DNA from: Trichoplax adhaerens
Taxonomy: Eukaryota > Animalia > Placozoa
Assembly: GCF_000150275.1 (NCBI RefSeq)
Contig: NW_002060946.1
Coordinates: 1,111,562 to 1,175,561, forward strand
DNA length: 64,000 nucleotides
Direction of reading: 5' to 3'
Below are positions 1 through 13,223 of this stretch, one piece after another; position 1 is the stretch's first letter; each line of letters opens with the position of its first letter. Position numbers and translations under genes: made by a program. The notes beneath the pieces are model-generated. The model did no database searches. It had not been told where the DNA came from and was given only the letters and a program-made list of their open reading frames with translations.

Positions 1-515
1 AATTAGAGAATAGTTTGAGGTTCTGTCCTGGTGGACGTTAAAGTAGTAGCTTGTTATTGTCTCGATAGCTGTAGGGCACCGGATAGGTCTTCATTAAGGA
101 AAGAAATTTCCATAATCATTTGTCATGACAACCTTTCATAAAATTTTGATCGCTATCTCAATAACAGCTTTCATTTGCTATTTGCTAATGTAATAGAGAT
201 GTAGCGAGTTAATCGATATGTTACGGCTAAAACCCGATCCGGCTATAATGCGTAATAGCCAACTACAGCCCGAATTAAGAGTACAATCTTCTGAATTTCG
301 AGCTTAAGACGGCTATATAAGAGCCTATAAGTACAATGTTCACCATATCTAATATTACAGTAATATTCGCCTAGTGTTTATGCAGTTTATCAGATCTGTT
401 CTAGTGAGAATTCAGGAAGAATACTTATCATCATACTTGAAATAGCCAATACGGTACCTAAAGTAAATCTTGGTTAGCTATCCTAACAATTTTCTACCCA
501 TTTCATTTGTTACAG

Positions 516-3500
516 AGATATTTTTACACTGGTTTTAAATATATTAACGCTAGCTATTAATATTCTAATGATTGTGGATTGGAGAGCAGCTGAATTTGGC
601 GTTGCTAATCCGTATGTAGAAATATTATTAATCTCTATTTTATCCAACTAATTATTTCAGAAATACTTCAAACTAGCGTATCGAATCAATTAGCGAAATA
701 TTTTTATCATTCATTAAGCGCAATTTAAATCAACATCTCGTAATTAAATTTTATTCTATTCTGTCTAAACTCTAGTAATGCAACTTTATTTGCAAATCCT
801 ATACCCGTGGTTACCTTACCTATCTATAATATATTACTGTTTACGATGGGACCGCTGCATAGTGTGGCTTGTTTATTCATCATTATAAGCTATTTTCTAT
901 CAAATCAACCCAAATTACCTACAATTGATATTTGGGGATCAAGGTGACAAGATATTGCAGTCAAATTCTTCACATAACTCAAATATAAATGTTAAACTGT
1001 GCAGCTTATTCATTTTTGCTATCTTGGATCATAGGAAAAGAGAACAAGTTAATATTTTTGCCCCAGCCAAGCGGCAACGAACATCCTATTTAGAGCATAA
1101 ATTTCTGAGCTTTAAAACCTTTTATTTATTGGTAAATTCATTTATCTACAAATCTATATTTAAATAACTTGATATAAGTTAAAGCATTGTATCTAGCATC
1201 CTTCACCAGTTAATCAATTGATCTACACCACGTTATATCGATAGTAAAGTGATCCACTTTAAGAAATTATAGCGTTTACCAGTCCTGTATGAATTGCTAA
1301 TAATTCACGAGCCAATTCTGATAGTACAGTTGCTAAGAAATACCTAAATTTTTTGCTATTTGATCATTGTTTGTTTTAATTAGCTAACCTAAGGTTTCGT
1401 TTATGTCATGATGATTAGATATTGCTAGTCTTTTCTATCTTGGGCACTTGTTATCGTGGCTACTTTTTTGCCTTGCATCTCTTACACACGGTGGCCAACA
1501 ATAATCTCTTTAGTCGAATTATTAAATCTGTGACATTAAATGGTAAGATTTGTTTATATTTATTGCATTGATCTTCATTAATTGCCTCCTTAATTCGAAT
1601 TAAATCATAACTAATAGAGTTATTATTCTAATTATGGAATTGGGTTGTGTAATTGAGAGTTACAATTATGATGTTGAAATTATGAAATTTGCCTTAGTAA
1701 CTAGAATTGGATCATAACAGGGGTAGTGTTTAATAATCTGATTGCTAAATTGGGTCATATAGTTGAATTAAGAATTTAGTTATCTATAATTTTCCTAATT
1801 TAGATTAAATCGTTATGATAGAGCTATTGAAATCAATCTAGCTATTAAGTCGAAACAGGAGAACTGGAATTAGCCAATTTTACCAGAAACAGCCTTCTTG
1901 ATTGAAATTATTTTAACGGATGTACAAAATGATTCATCAGCTGTACTGAGTTCTTTAGTTTAAAAATGATCAGATTTACTTTTAGTTGTATCCTTAATTA
2001 GGATAAACATAGTATAGTATGTAGAATGGATGGTCTACAAGTCCCATTTAATCTTTTACATTACGCTCTATTTTATCTTTTAAATCTTAAAATATATTTA
2101 TCCATATTTTAACTTGACATTTGGCGGTCTACTCATTATTAATACATTTAGCAGTCTACTCTTTGGTAATCCAGTTAATAGCCCTCAATTAAAATTATTT
2201 CATCCTTTCGTTTTAGGGAGATCACTGATCGTTGTCGGCATTTTGGGAGTGATTATGATTTATATCTATTCAGTAATTGCTTTCGCTAGCTTTAGAGAAT
2301 GGTTTGATAGCCAAGGTGGTCTATTTTGTGGAACCCTTGGACAATGTTTTGTAACTGGTATAAGAGTTGGATTTCTTAGTGGTTTCCATGAGGTAAGTTG
2401 CCATTCACTTTTAAACTAGGATTATTAATAAGCTTATTACATCGAATTTCTTAACCCGTAATCAACTTTTATCTAGAGTCGTTATAGTTGCATGCAATAT
2501 TATATTAGATCACTAAGAAAAGATCTTTAACTTACAGTATCAATGAGTAATTATTGGTCATAGAATCACAACCTTAAATATTTATTAGCCATCTACAAAT
2601 AGTTTTTAGAACGAGATAAGGCTGTATATGTACATCTAGTAACACATTTCGATTCAATATTCTTTGTATATACGTGCATACTCAATATCAATTCTCGCTA
2701 TGTTATGGCTGTTAGGCGCTTGGTCCGACGAATCAAAAATTTGAATTCTATGCCTGGAAATTAGTATTTGATTTATCGTTTTACATCTTAGTCACGACTA
2801 TTGGTTTAAACATCATCTTTGGTATCATCGTTGACACATTCTCAGAATTGCGGCAAGAAAAGGTAAAACCAGTCGAACGAGCAATTTAAAAGAGGATAAC
2901 AGCTGTTTCATGAACTTCATTATTCTAAAATTAAACTCTAACTGCTACTATTTTGAGATATTAAACAAAATTGAGTTTGGCTTAACTTATAGCATTAGCA
3001 TGTAAATCTTTTTCTCAGATAAATTAACATTTATCCCATTATCTTACCGTAGTATCAAACAGAACATGATATGGAGACCTACTGTTTTATTTGTAGCAAG
3101 ACAAACTACGAATTTGAACATTATGGAAAGGTAGTAATAGCATAAATTGCAAAATTAATAATACCTGTAGATGAATTTATAGAAAGATATATGCGCTATT
3201 ATTTCAGTTGTATGGCAAGCTAAATAAAGACCTACGTGTGTTTTCGAAATAGTCTCTTTTGCTAATTAACGTATGTCTTTCCCACAGGGATTTTATCATC
3301 ATGTTAAACATGAGCATAATATGTGGGATTACCTCTACTTTTTCATCCATTTGGATGATGTTCGAAAGAATGACTATACCTATATTGAATTATATGTTCA
3401 TGAATTGGTAAGTTGCCCATAAACTTGTCTAAATTGAAAAAAGCTGAAAAGATTTCAAATCTAAACCTTAGTTAATTTTCCGTCTCGATCTTTTTTGAAC

Positions 3501-4112
3501 TTCTCTCCTCGAGAGCAAAGTAACGTAATTAATACTTGTTAGATAATACAGTTGATGTTGTATGCTCTATACTGCATACTCGCACATCGACTTCTTCTAA
3601 TAGCAGCAATAACGACGATATTTTAATAACCAATTATATCATAATGCAGATGGAGAAAGATCAATTAGAATTCTTTCCCTTGAATCAAGCCTTGACGCTA
3701 CAAGATTTTAATACATCTCAAGAGCAGAAATTAGAAGATTTAGCTCTTAAAGTAGAAACTTTAATTAAGCGACAAGAAGAAAATGTACGTATACTAATAG
3801 AATGCCGCGTATTAAAATAAAATTACAAGATTTGTAGTTTTAATGGACACTTTCAATTAGACATGTAAAACTAGATACTGAGTACTGTATCGGCATTAGT
3901 GGAGACTCTTAGAAACTTATAAAGTGTGTTTCAATAATAATCTTTGCTCATGTTATACCCTAAATTAGGACTTGGTTAAGAAAATGGAGAACAAGCGGCG
4001 GAAAGAACAAGATTGGGAGCAGATGCATCGAGATATTGCTATTAATAACGGACGTCAACGATCCAATACAGTTACCGGATTTAACGAATATGCTGCTGAC
4101 GCTGAGGTTTAA
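516..4112 (+). CDS. IP3 receptor/ryanodine receptor-superfamily Ca2+-release channel, 3' portion (TM region, pore, Zn finger, C-terminal tail); 5' part lies upstream of the window
   Basis: Ten phase-consistent GT-AG exons: 516-611, 776-943, 1035-1131, 1419-1542, 2217-2392, 2716-2862, 3053-3130, 3288-3407, 3650-3784, 3969-4112(TAA). Motifs IIKSVTLNGRSL, FDLSFYILVTTIGLNIIFGIIVDTFSELRQEK, CFIC...HVKHEHNMWDYLYF and LEFFP, followed by an IP3R-type coiled tail, match the IP3R/RyR channel C-terminus. Confidence 0.92.
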
Positions 4113-5825
4113 TAACAAGTAGTCAACATCCATTTAAGTAAATGTGTATCATGCCTATGTATCTGTTATATGTGCTAAATGTGGAAGTAGCCAGGTTATT
4201 AAATTTTCCGTGTATCTCTCTTAGCCTATATGAAGAATGCTTTTATTAGTATACTCGACCAGAACCAGGTTATACCTTGATAGTTTATAGCTATTATACG
4301 ATTTATTTATTAATTTAAAATTTAATTGTATAATTTCATTCTACATTCTAAGAATTTTTAGTCGATTTTTCAGTATTTTTAAATGAAGATAAGGATTCAA
4401 TGTCATTATTTTGAGTAGTAGCTATATTTCATCATAACACTTGCATATATATTCTGAAAGAATTTAGTCTACTTCAAATTATTGACGTGCCTATTTTTTT
4501 TAGCAAGCATTTCATAATTTGTATTACACTTAAAAACAGCTCTTGTGATCCAAGCATAATGGATTCATTTTGAAAATGATCATTGACGACCTAAGCCTAA
4601 TAATGGTTTAGTAAATCCAAAAGCCGTATGGAAATCGTTAATAATTGTTCTTGCATGTTGCATCTTCTGGTGCTACGCAATTTTTATCATAACCAAGATA
4701 CTTTTGCTAGCTCTATCAAGGTTATTTTAAGGCTTAAGGCCCTATTGCAAAATGACTTAACCTTATTCATTTCTCCAATAATTAGTATTTGTTTATGTGT
4801 TTTAAGAAGTTTCGTATTGCTTAACGGAAATTATAAGAATAGGCAATTAGGATTTATTGCTAGCTCTGCCAACTTTTCTACCAATTGTAGATTTTCGAAT
4901 ACTAAATCAGAGTTTAAATCAAGGTTGATATATTGGTATTTCAATCATGGATATCAATTGGTTTAGAAGCGTGATAATTTAATTAGCATTAATCTTGCAC
5001 TCCTTCATTACTTTTCCTATAATTCTTATTTTTAAACATGAATTTCATTGAATCAGATGGCACTTGAATTGTCCGCAATGAACTATTTGTGGATATTAGC
5101 GTAGTCGTCATTAATGCACTAACTTTAATTAAGTAATCTAATTTATTAAGAAATTGATATTATTTATATATCGATCTAAAGCGTCAATTAATAAAAAGAA
5201 TTTTACCAGCAAAAAACAATTTTTTACTTATATATAACTCTGATTACATTGGTAAATGTAGTCCAGTTTCATCAATATTAGGATAATGCATTACTTATTT
5301 TGGGGGACATTATTGGCACAAGGCATTATATAAATCATTGACGAGGTGGAAATGTTAAGTATGAAAATAGGTAATTTGCTTAGATTGAATTAAAATCAAT
5401 AATTAAAGTCGTAGGAATTCGAATCAGAAAGAAAGTAAGAAAAAAAGTCAATATCAATATTACACTAGTATATCGTATAGGCGTCTATAAACGATATCGA
5501 ACATTGTCTATCTAGAAATCATAGAACAAGATCAAATAAAAAAGTTTTTCCATATAGTCAAGACCATTCGTTTATCTTATAGAACATTTATGACCATTAA
5601 TATAATTTATAAATTTGGATATATAACAATTATCTGCATTGAAAAGGAAAAAAAATTTCTCTATTCAAGCATTGATCGCTAGGCGAGCATTTCAGAACAA
5701 CATATCCTCAGCAATTTTAACTCTAGCATAAACTTGCGGTGTTATAAATTACTGTTGGGCCTATAATACAAACAATTTGGAAATATCTTTTAGTGGAATG
5801 GATGGAGTATATATGAGTTAACAAA

Positions 5826-8800
5826 TTATTTCCGCTGATACGGGTTCGGTTTTGTAGTTTGCTGGATAGATGAAGCTCCAGAGAGGCTAGGGCGATCAAC
5901 ATAGGTCTTTTTTGGATCGAAAGTAGATATGGGAGCATCGGCTCTTGTACGAGAATTAGCTATTAAATTCTTGTATGGATTGGGCTTGTGCGATACCTAT
6001 AATTTTATATCAAGAATATTCTATATATTACTTTTCTGATCATTAGCGGTGGGGATAAGCATTAATCCTCATGGAAGTTAAAAAGAATGAAGATTTTTTC
6101 AAGCCTAAATAACTGTCGTCTTAAATGAAATTTTGAGATTTTATGCTGTGCTCTAAAGGTACAAGCTAAAGATTTAGTTCTATGAGTAATTAGAATAAAG
6201 TTTAAGATTTTATTGTAAACTCTATTGTAAACGTACAAGTTAAAGATTTAGTTCTATGCAGGTACTGCAATAAACTTAGTTTAAGAAATGTATACTGCAA
6301 TTATCTCACTGGTATAGGTAGCAAATGAGAGTTTTGGAAACAGCAGACGTACATTCAATAGAGAGTAAATGCTTTCGTTACTTGGACTCCTTATCATATC
6401 ACTCATTGACGGAGATATCTGGCTCGAAGGTAGTGAAGTCTTTTTATAACCGTATGTTGGACCGCTAGAATCTGAGGATGTTGACGCATTTTCCATCGAT
6501 TTTTGTAGAGCAAGTACAAATGCGTCAGCGCTTTGTTCATCGAGTTGTTCATCCACTTTTTGCGAATTAGATGGTTCGCTTGTTTTACTACTTTCGATAT
6601 TGATGTTGGCCATTTCTTGTTGTAATTTATCATCCAATGATCGGAGCCTGAAATATTTTATAGAAAAAATTAATATGCACCTATTTTGTCGGTAGTGGAT
6701 ATATGATTTCTTGTTGTGGAACTTTAATGCACTAATAAAGTCCGTGCAGATATTATGGATTAACTGTAATATATAATATGTAACAGAGAATATATAATGT
6801 AATGCAAATATTGCATCTAATATAATATATTTTACCGGTAGTGGACACATGATTTCTTGTCATGAAACTTTATTACACTAGTACAGTTCTAGCAGATATT
6901 ATGAAATAAATGTATTTAATATGGCTATCCTGACACTAGACAATGGTGGAAGTTATCGCTTTATTTTGCTGAAATACTTACTGTTCCATAGCTATATTTT
7001 GATCCGTACTAGAACTTGCATCGCCCTTTGATCGATTAGGTAGATCAATCTTATTCTTTCCTTTATATTTTATATCATTGCTATCTTGATCCTAAACATT
7101 ATTTTTGATCGTGATAGTGTTAGTATTAGCCAATCATCTACGGTACATTTCTCAGTTTGCAAGTTAATAGGAATTGAACTTACGGAAACGGCAACATAGG
7201 GATTATCGTGAGCACCACCAATATCAGTGCTATTGCTTTGGTCGCGGTCGCCTTCCTCATAGATTCCTTTCCTACGATAAGAACGGGATGAGTCAAGTCC
7301 CTGAGCGATGGCATCATGTAGTGGGCTATTGCCAAGTAAACCAGCGATGATAATCAAACCAGCTCCTGTTGAAAATAATAGGACATAAATTAGCTGAGGT
7401 ATTAGCAAGTCCATTTTAATAGCTAAATTCTCTAATAGTATAAGGTGCTGGAAATGAAATATTTTTAATGAAATGGTTTATAAGGAATAAATCAATTGCT
7501 AAAATGATTTAAAAGAAATAAATCGATTATTTCTGTCCTATAATATAGGATCAAAAGCTAGGAAATACGAGTGTGTATAGAATGACTTTAGGATACTGTA
7601 TTTGGATGATAAGATGACGATACTTACCGACAAGTGTAACTATGAATGACCAGGTTGCCCATTTTCTTTCTCGTAGAATGAAATATTCTTCCACTGCTGT
7701 TACTGCAGGGATTAAAACGAGTAAACCATCGGTATTAATTGGACCTAAAGATTATCATACGAATATATTTAGTAAAGAGCCCAATCAGCAATTCCCTGCA
7801 TTTTACATCCTTTATTCCATGACATTCAATTTCTGTTGTGACTGAAAACTGACCTATTTGGCGATATAAGGCATATCTAGCCAATGCTGCTAGGAATGCT
7901 AATAGTACTCCGGCATAAATAAATCCAATAAGTCCCAGGATATCGTTAGTGGCCATGCTAATTTCCTGTAATATTAGATAATATTACAATATTATCGTAT
8001 GTAATAAATGCAAGTAACGTATCAGTTTAGTTTACATTATTGCAATCTATTTTATAATTTTTTTTTCCATTGCATTCCTTAAATGCTAAGCTATCCAATT
8101 TTCAAATTGGACATTAGTACGACATAATTTTGAGATATCTGCATTATGGTATATCATACTGGTGAAATCTGAATTGCTAATTGCCATGTAAATAATTGTG
8201 CGCAATTCCATGCCGCACAAAATTCTTGATTAGCTAAATTAATTTTGAGAACTATATAAAGTAAATCATCATCATTAAAAAGATAGATTTACGCTGTATA
8301 ATTTTCAAATCGGGTATGGTAAGGCATATTTTCATGGGCATCTACATTATATTATACCGTATCGTAATGGAATCTAAATTACTAAGTATCATGTAAAATC
8401 ATTTTATAATAATTCCATGCCACACAAAATTTACGTTAAATTAAATTCTCATTATTGAAAAATTCAATATAGGTTTAGGGTATTTTTAATAGACAGCACG
8501 GCATAGTAGTGGGTTTCTGATATATCCTAGCCTTTGTTCATTGTAGCCATGATCAAACTTACAAGTGGAAATCCGGACAGTCCATTCAGCCCTGCCCAAA
8601 GGGAAATACCAGTAATGGTTCCTATAACTTGCATTAATGCACCACCGACCGTGTAATGAATCATTTTACCATATCGTTTCCAGAGTACTAAAAGAAAGGA
8701 ATGAAGTGATATAGTGTGCTTTTGAGTACTAATGCACTGTTAAAGTTGAGTCTATAATTTAGCTAGGAAAAAGTTAGTCTGACGATAGTAGTAGAAGACA

Positions 8801-11800
8801 GATTTACGAGAATTGAAATTAAACAGGTAGCTGTGAATATTGTAATGTTGAATTGCGTCTATAATTTAGCCGGAAAGTGAGTAAACTTGAGCACGGCAAT
8901 AGGTGATGGATTAAAAGTGATCGAAATAAAATAATTTACTTTGAATACTATTAAACTGATGACATGGTGTCCATAACTTACTGGGGGATAAGTTAGTTTA
9001 ATGATAGTATTCAACGCTATTATTTGATCGAAATGAAATTGTTAACTTTAAATAGCGCTACACTGTTGAATTTGTGGCCCTTAATTAGTGGAGAAAACGT
9101 TTGTTTGAGGGCAGTAGTAGAAGATGAATTTAATAAGATTGAAATGAAATTATTAACTATTAAATAGTGTTACACTGTTGAAGTCCACAACTTAACTAGG
9201 GAAAAAGTTCGTTTAAGGGAGGTGATAGAAGATAGATTAATAGGATTAAATCATTCTAAATATCAATAACTAGTCTAAATAGATTTCTTACGGGGAAGGT
9301 AGTTTTAGCCTATTTCTAAGTCTAGTATGTTAACCTACCTGCGCTAACTGACCACGAGAGAGAGCCAAGGAAGCAGAATCCTAACGCCATAAAATAAAAT
9401 AACGGGTCTTTGCCGCATGCTTCCGTATAGCTGCTTTTAATACATGTTAATATCGCTGGAGGTAAGACTTGCGAATTGCAAGTGCAATTATAGGTAATCA
9501 TTTCGTAAATTGTTGGCGTAACAGTCGCACCAACGCCAATAAATCCTATTAGTATTACTAAACTTCGTAGGACTGTCGTTATTGCTGATGTTTTCTATTT
9601 AAATGAATAAGAAAATGAAATGAATTCTTTTAGTAAAGTTTCTTTCAGGTATGAATTAGTTAATATTGTTTTACTGTGGAGTACAGTAAATGTAGTAATG
9701 ATGCTTTTCTACACATTGCTGAGAAGCAGAAGTAGAGTTTTGAACACAAGTTTTAACATAAATATATATGTAGGTGTAGTTTGGAATAGACCATTTCTTC
9801 CGAAACTTTCTACAAGTAATGATGAAATAGAGAGCTTTCTAGCAAGATTGAATGATAGATTGTTTTCTTACTATTACAGAGAAATAAGATGTAGAATTCT
9901 CAAAGATTCTTACGCAGCTTGCTAAATGAGTTAAATTTTAGTAGATTGAATTCAATGTAAATTGGACCGAAATTGTACTAAATCAGGTCTAAATAGAGCA
10001 TTCCGCAAGCTCTTGAAAGTAATACGAGTGCAAGTATCATTTCCTAATTAGATCTCGACTTTATTAGCTGCAAAGCGAGTGCAAGTCACAAGTTAATGTT
10101 AAAACTGCGTTACAAAAAGTAAAAAAAATTTAAAATTTAGTGCTACGAAAAGATTAAAGGCGGCAATATTCTACCTAATCCACCCCACATTAGAAATAGG
10201 CCAAAACGTAGACAGAGTCTTATGAAGATATTCGGTAACCTTTGAAATAAGACTTTGAATTTGTTGTGTAAATTAGTGTTATGGATCTAATACGTCACTA
10301 ATGGCAGTTGGATATCAAATTGAAGGGGAACTTTGGGAACTCTAATAAAATGGTTGTCTTTTATGTAATCATACAATAAATTATACCAGCCTTGCTAAAG
10401 ATATTTGAATTGTATATCATGACAGTTTTTAAGAGTCTTCTAAATCAGTTTCTTAGAAGTAGTTTTACTATTATTATTAAACCTTAAGAAATGTCACAAA
10501 CTGAAAGCTACCGAAAGTATTTGATAGAAGTGGATGTTTCCGGCCTTTATGACCATTTTTAATCTTTTATATGTACGTGATTGATCCATAAAGACAATTT
10601 ACAGTGACGTTGTAGACATTTTCCACTTTCTTCGTGAAAGTTTATCAAGTATGACAATTACTCTTACAACTTTCACTCCTTCGAGACAGTCTTTAAGGAG
10701 CGCATTTAGTATTGGATAATTAATACAGTATAGAATAAGGTTGATAGATAGGCCGTATTCAATATGGACTACTGTCCGTGTTGAAAAATCTCCGTCTAAC
10801 TCCATGTTTACAGTAGATTGCACATAGAGTTAGTCAGAGGCAACGATCCTGCTTTCAAAGCCTTGATTTAAAAAATGAAACTACTTAGAAGATACAAAGA
10901 ACTCTAATAAAGTGATAAAAATGTCTGTAATCCATTCTGCCATCACAACCGAAAGAAAATAGGACAAAGGGTGATGTTCTTGTTATTACCGATGGATGAG
11001 AAATGTAAATGTTACTTAGTGAATTAGTATAGGAAGCCATAACACATGTGCTAGAATGATTAAACAGAAACACTTTCTTTTATCGAATGAATACTGTTTC
11101 AGTACTTGACTATTATTAAGGGATAAAGACAAAATTTTTCCAGCCTTATTCGTCTATTTGATCTACGCTATCCGCGTCATGATAAACTGGGATAAAAATT
11201 AGCCTTATCCTTTAATTATTACAGTTGATTCTAATCCATAAAAAAATCATAACTTATTCTTTTATCAGTTATTTGCATATTCTTCAGATCTAGCTTGAAC
11301 AATCAATTCTTCTCGAATAATATTAGAAAGCACTATATATGTGTTAGTAATCATCAATGGAGCCACTTTCTTCTGTCTAAAGAATATTACTTCAATGCTT
11401 GACTGTTCTTGGATATCGCAAACTGGGATAAAAATTAGTAAACTAGTTTACTAATTTTTATCCAGTATTTGGCTATCAATAAGTAATCGCGGATAAAAAA
11501 ACCAATTAAATTTTACTGTAAACCTTACTAGCGCAATACGGAAATACATGGGAGTGCTTTTCAATAACTATGTGCTGTAATAAATTAGGTATATTGAATC
11601 TATTTTTTCACCGTAGGGTCAAAAATAAGGAAAGTTTGTACCCCATGGATAGAGATTTATTGAGAGGAATCAATTGAGTATATTCTTCAATCCTAACTTG
11701 ATCCCTATTATGCCTTAAAGCAATCTTTTTCCAAGGATGAATTATTGCAAATTGTGACTGTATTAAGTTTTGCGAGCAAAGTCTTTAGTAGACTTGTGGG

Positions 11801-13223
11801 CATTATTGAAGAACGCTTAGCGACCGTATCGATCATCGGCCAATGATACGTTATAAGAACACTCTATCTTGCTTTTTAACTCTGACCGTGGGACAAGTTG
11901 ATTTTTGAGTCAAACTGGGCTAATTGACAACTTCGTTTACTTCCGGGAGACAATTTTTGTACATGGAACAACTAGGGCACCATTCTATAATTACCAATAG
12001 ATTTAATGACAGGACGTTGCCCATTCAACAACACACCTATCTTGCATAACTTTCATGTCCAAAACGTAAATTAACCGTTATTGTAACCATCCTAATTAAT
12101 TTACAGTATGTTGCAAAGTGGAATCAAATCTAAAATTATGGTTGGCCAAAGGCAATTCTAAACATATCGATCCTATTCCTATTGACATAAGCTCTTATTG
12201 ATTGAATAGAAAGTAGGCAAGAAATCAACCCTGTTGATTACAGACGACATCCTAATGCATGAATTTTCCATACTAAAGGAGCAAATTAAGCACTATATAG
12301 CTTGATAATGGATAAAATGAAACATAGTTCAGCTTGAAACTAGACCAATTTTAAATTGTATCAGTAAAATTAATTAGGCGTAAAAAATAAAGAGAAAAAT
12401 TGCAAAATTGGTGTTTCAACCCCAATGCTATTTGAGACTAGTCAAATAAATGTCAAGAATAATGCCTTATGATAGTCAGTTGAAAATTATCAAGTGAAAA
12501 ATGATGGAGAAGTAGATGAATAATGGATTTAAATTCTTATATCCTTCGCGTCTGATGAAAGGATCGCTTAAGCAATTATTGCACTAAATTTGGATGTAAA
12601 TTTCCATGTATCGACAACTATAATTAGCTCAGTTATACATTAATAGAAAAGATAGAATTGAAAAAATCAAATAGAACATTCATGAATACATACAGCTTCT
12701 ATCTGAAAGCGGCATAAGAGCGTATACTTGGGTCAGTTGTTTATCAAATTTTGATCGTTTCGTTCAGAATATAAGCTATCATTTTATGTTTTAGTGGACC
12801 ATTTAAACTATATATAAAACTAGATAGGTTATAATTTATTACCTGCACACATGGAAATCGATCGAATAGAGCCGTCCAAAATGGAACTAAAGCCATAAAA
12901 GCGCCAGGAACAATAGGTGGTACCCATTTAATTGCGTAAAGAAACAGAAATGATGGTGCGGCAACATGGAATAGACCCAATCCAATCATTTTGAGATAAT
13001 TATAAGGATTTAATAATGTTCGTCTTATAATTATGCTATTTTTTGCTCGGAAAGTTATAAAAAATAAAGCGACAAGAATAAATGCAATAGAGCTGAAAGA
13101 AGACGAAAAAGTAACCAAAATGGCTGGATGAGGAAATTTTCTTAGAGCGTATTGTAACAAAAGTGGCGCTGTGCTATAGGTCAAGGCTACACTAATAGCC
13201 ATAATAATCCACTCAATCTTCAT
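5826..13223 (-). CDS. EamA/drug-metabolite transporter (DMT) superfamily ~10-TM protein with long C-terminal tail (~582 aa)
   Basis: Nine phase-consistent exons: 13223-12843, 9594-9339, 8687-8563, 7965-7854, 7744-7628, 7365-7184, 7091-6982, 6647-6353, 5996-5826. Two EamA-like halves with family-typical segments (LFLYAIKWVPP..GAFMALVPFWTALF, LIGFIGV, LYRQIGPINTDGLLVLIPAVTAVEEYFILRE, GAGLIIIAG). Confidence 0.8.
8735..9250. repeat. Degenerate ~110-bp tandem repeat, about 5 units (intronic)
   Basis: Recurrent blocks (a)cactgttgaa..., taa(t/c)tta, gtagtagaaga and (t/c)gaaat(g/t/a)aaat at roughly 110-bp spacing. Confidence 0.75.
11426..11463. repeat. Perfect 38-bp palindrome
   Basis: GGATAAAAATTAGTAAACT|AGTTTACTAATTTTTATCC is self-reverse-complementary. 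The arm CTGGGATAAAAATTAG also occurs at ~11187. Confidence 0.95.

Noticed and set aside
4095-4112. Channel C-terminus DAEV as a PDZ ligand
   Set aside because: Ala at position -2 fits no PDZ class well; too weak to claim.
4628-4966. 112-aa + ORF downstream of the channel gene
   Set aside because: No recognisable motif, AT-rich codon content, located in the convergent 3' intergenic region; probably spurious.
8735-9250. Periodic repeats considered as a CRISPR-like array
   Set aside because: The units are degenerate along their whole length, with no identical repeats or unique spacers; the context is a eukaryotic intron with no cas genes.
10174-10240. Candidate extra exon of the EamA gene (VTEYLHKTLSTFWPISNVGWI)
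   Set aside because: It would shift the phase. Exon 1 (PCVQ) joins exon 2 (KTSAIT) directly in frame with family-typical spacing.
5826-13223. Horizontal transfer or bacterial contamination for the EamA-like gene
   Set aside because: It has eight spliceosomal introns and host-like composition. An ancient transfer cannot be judged without a phylogeny.
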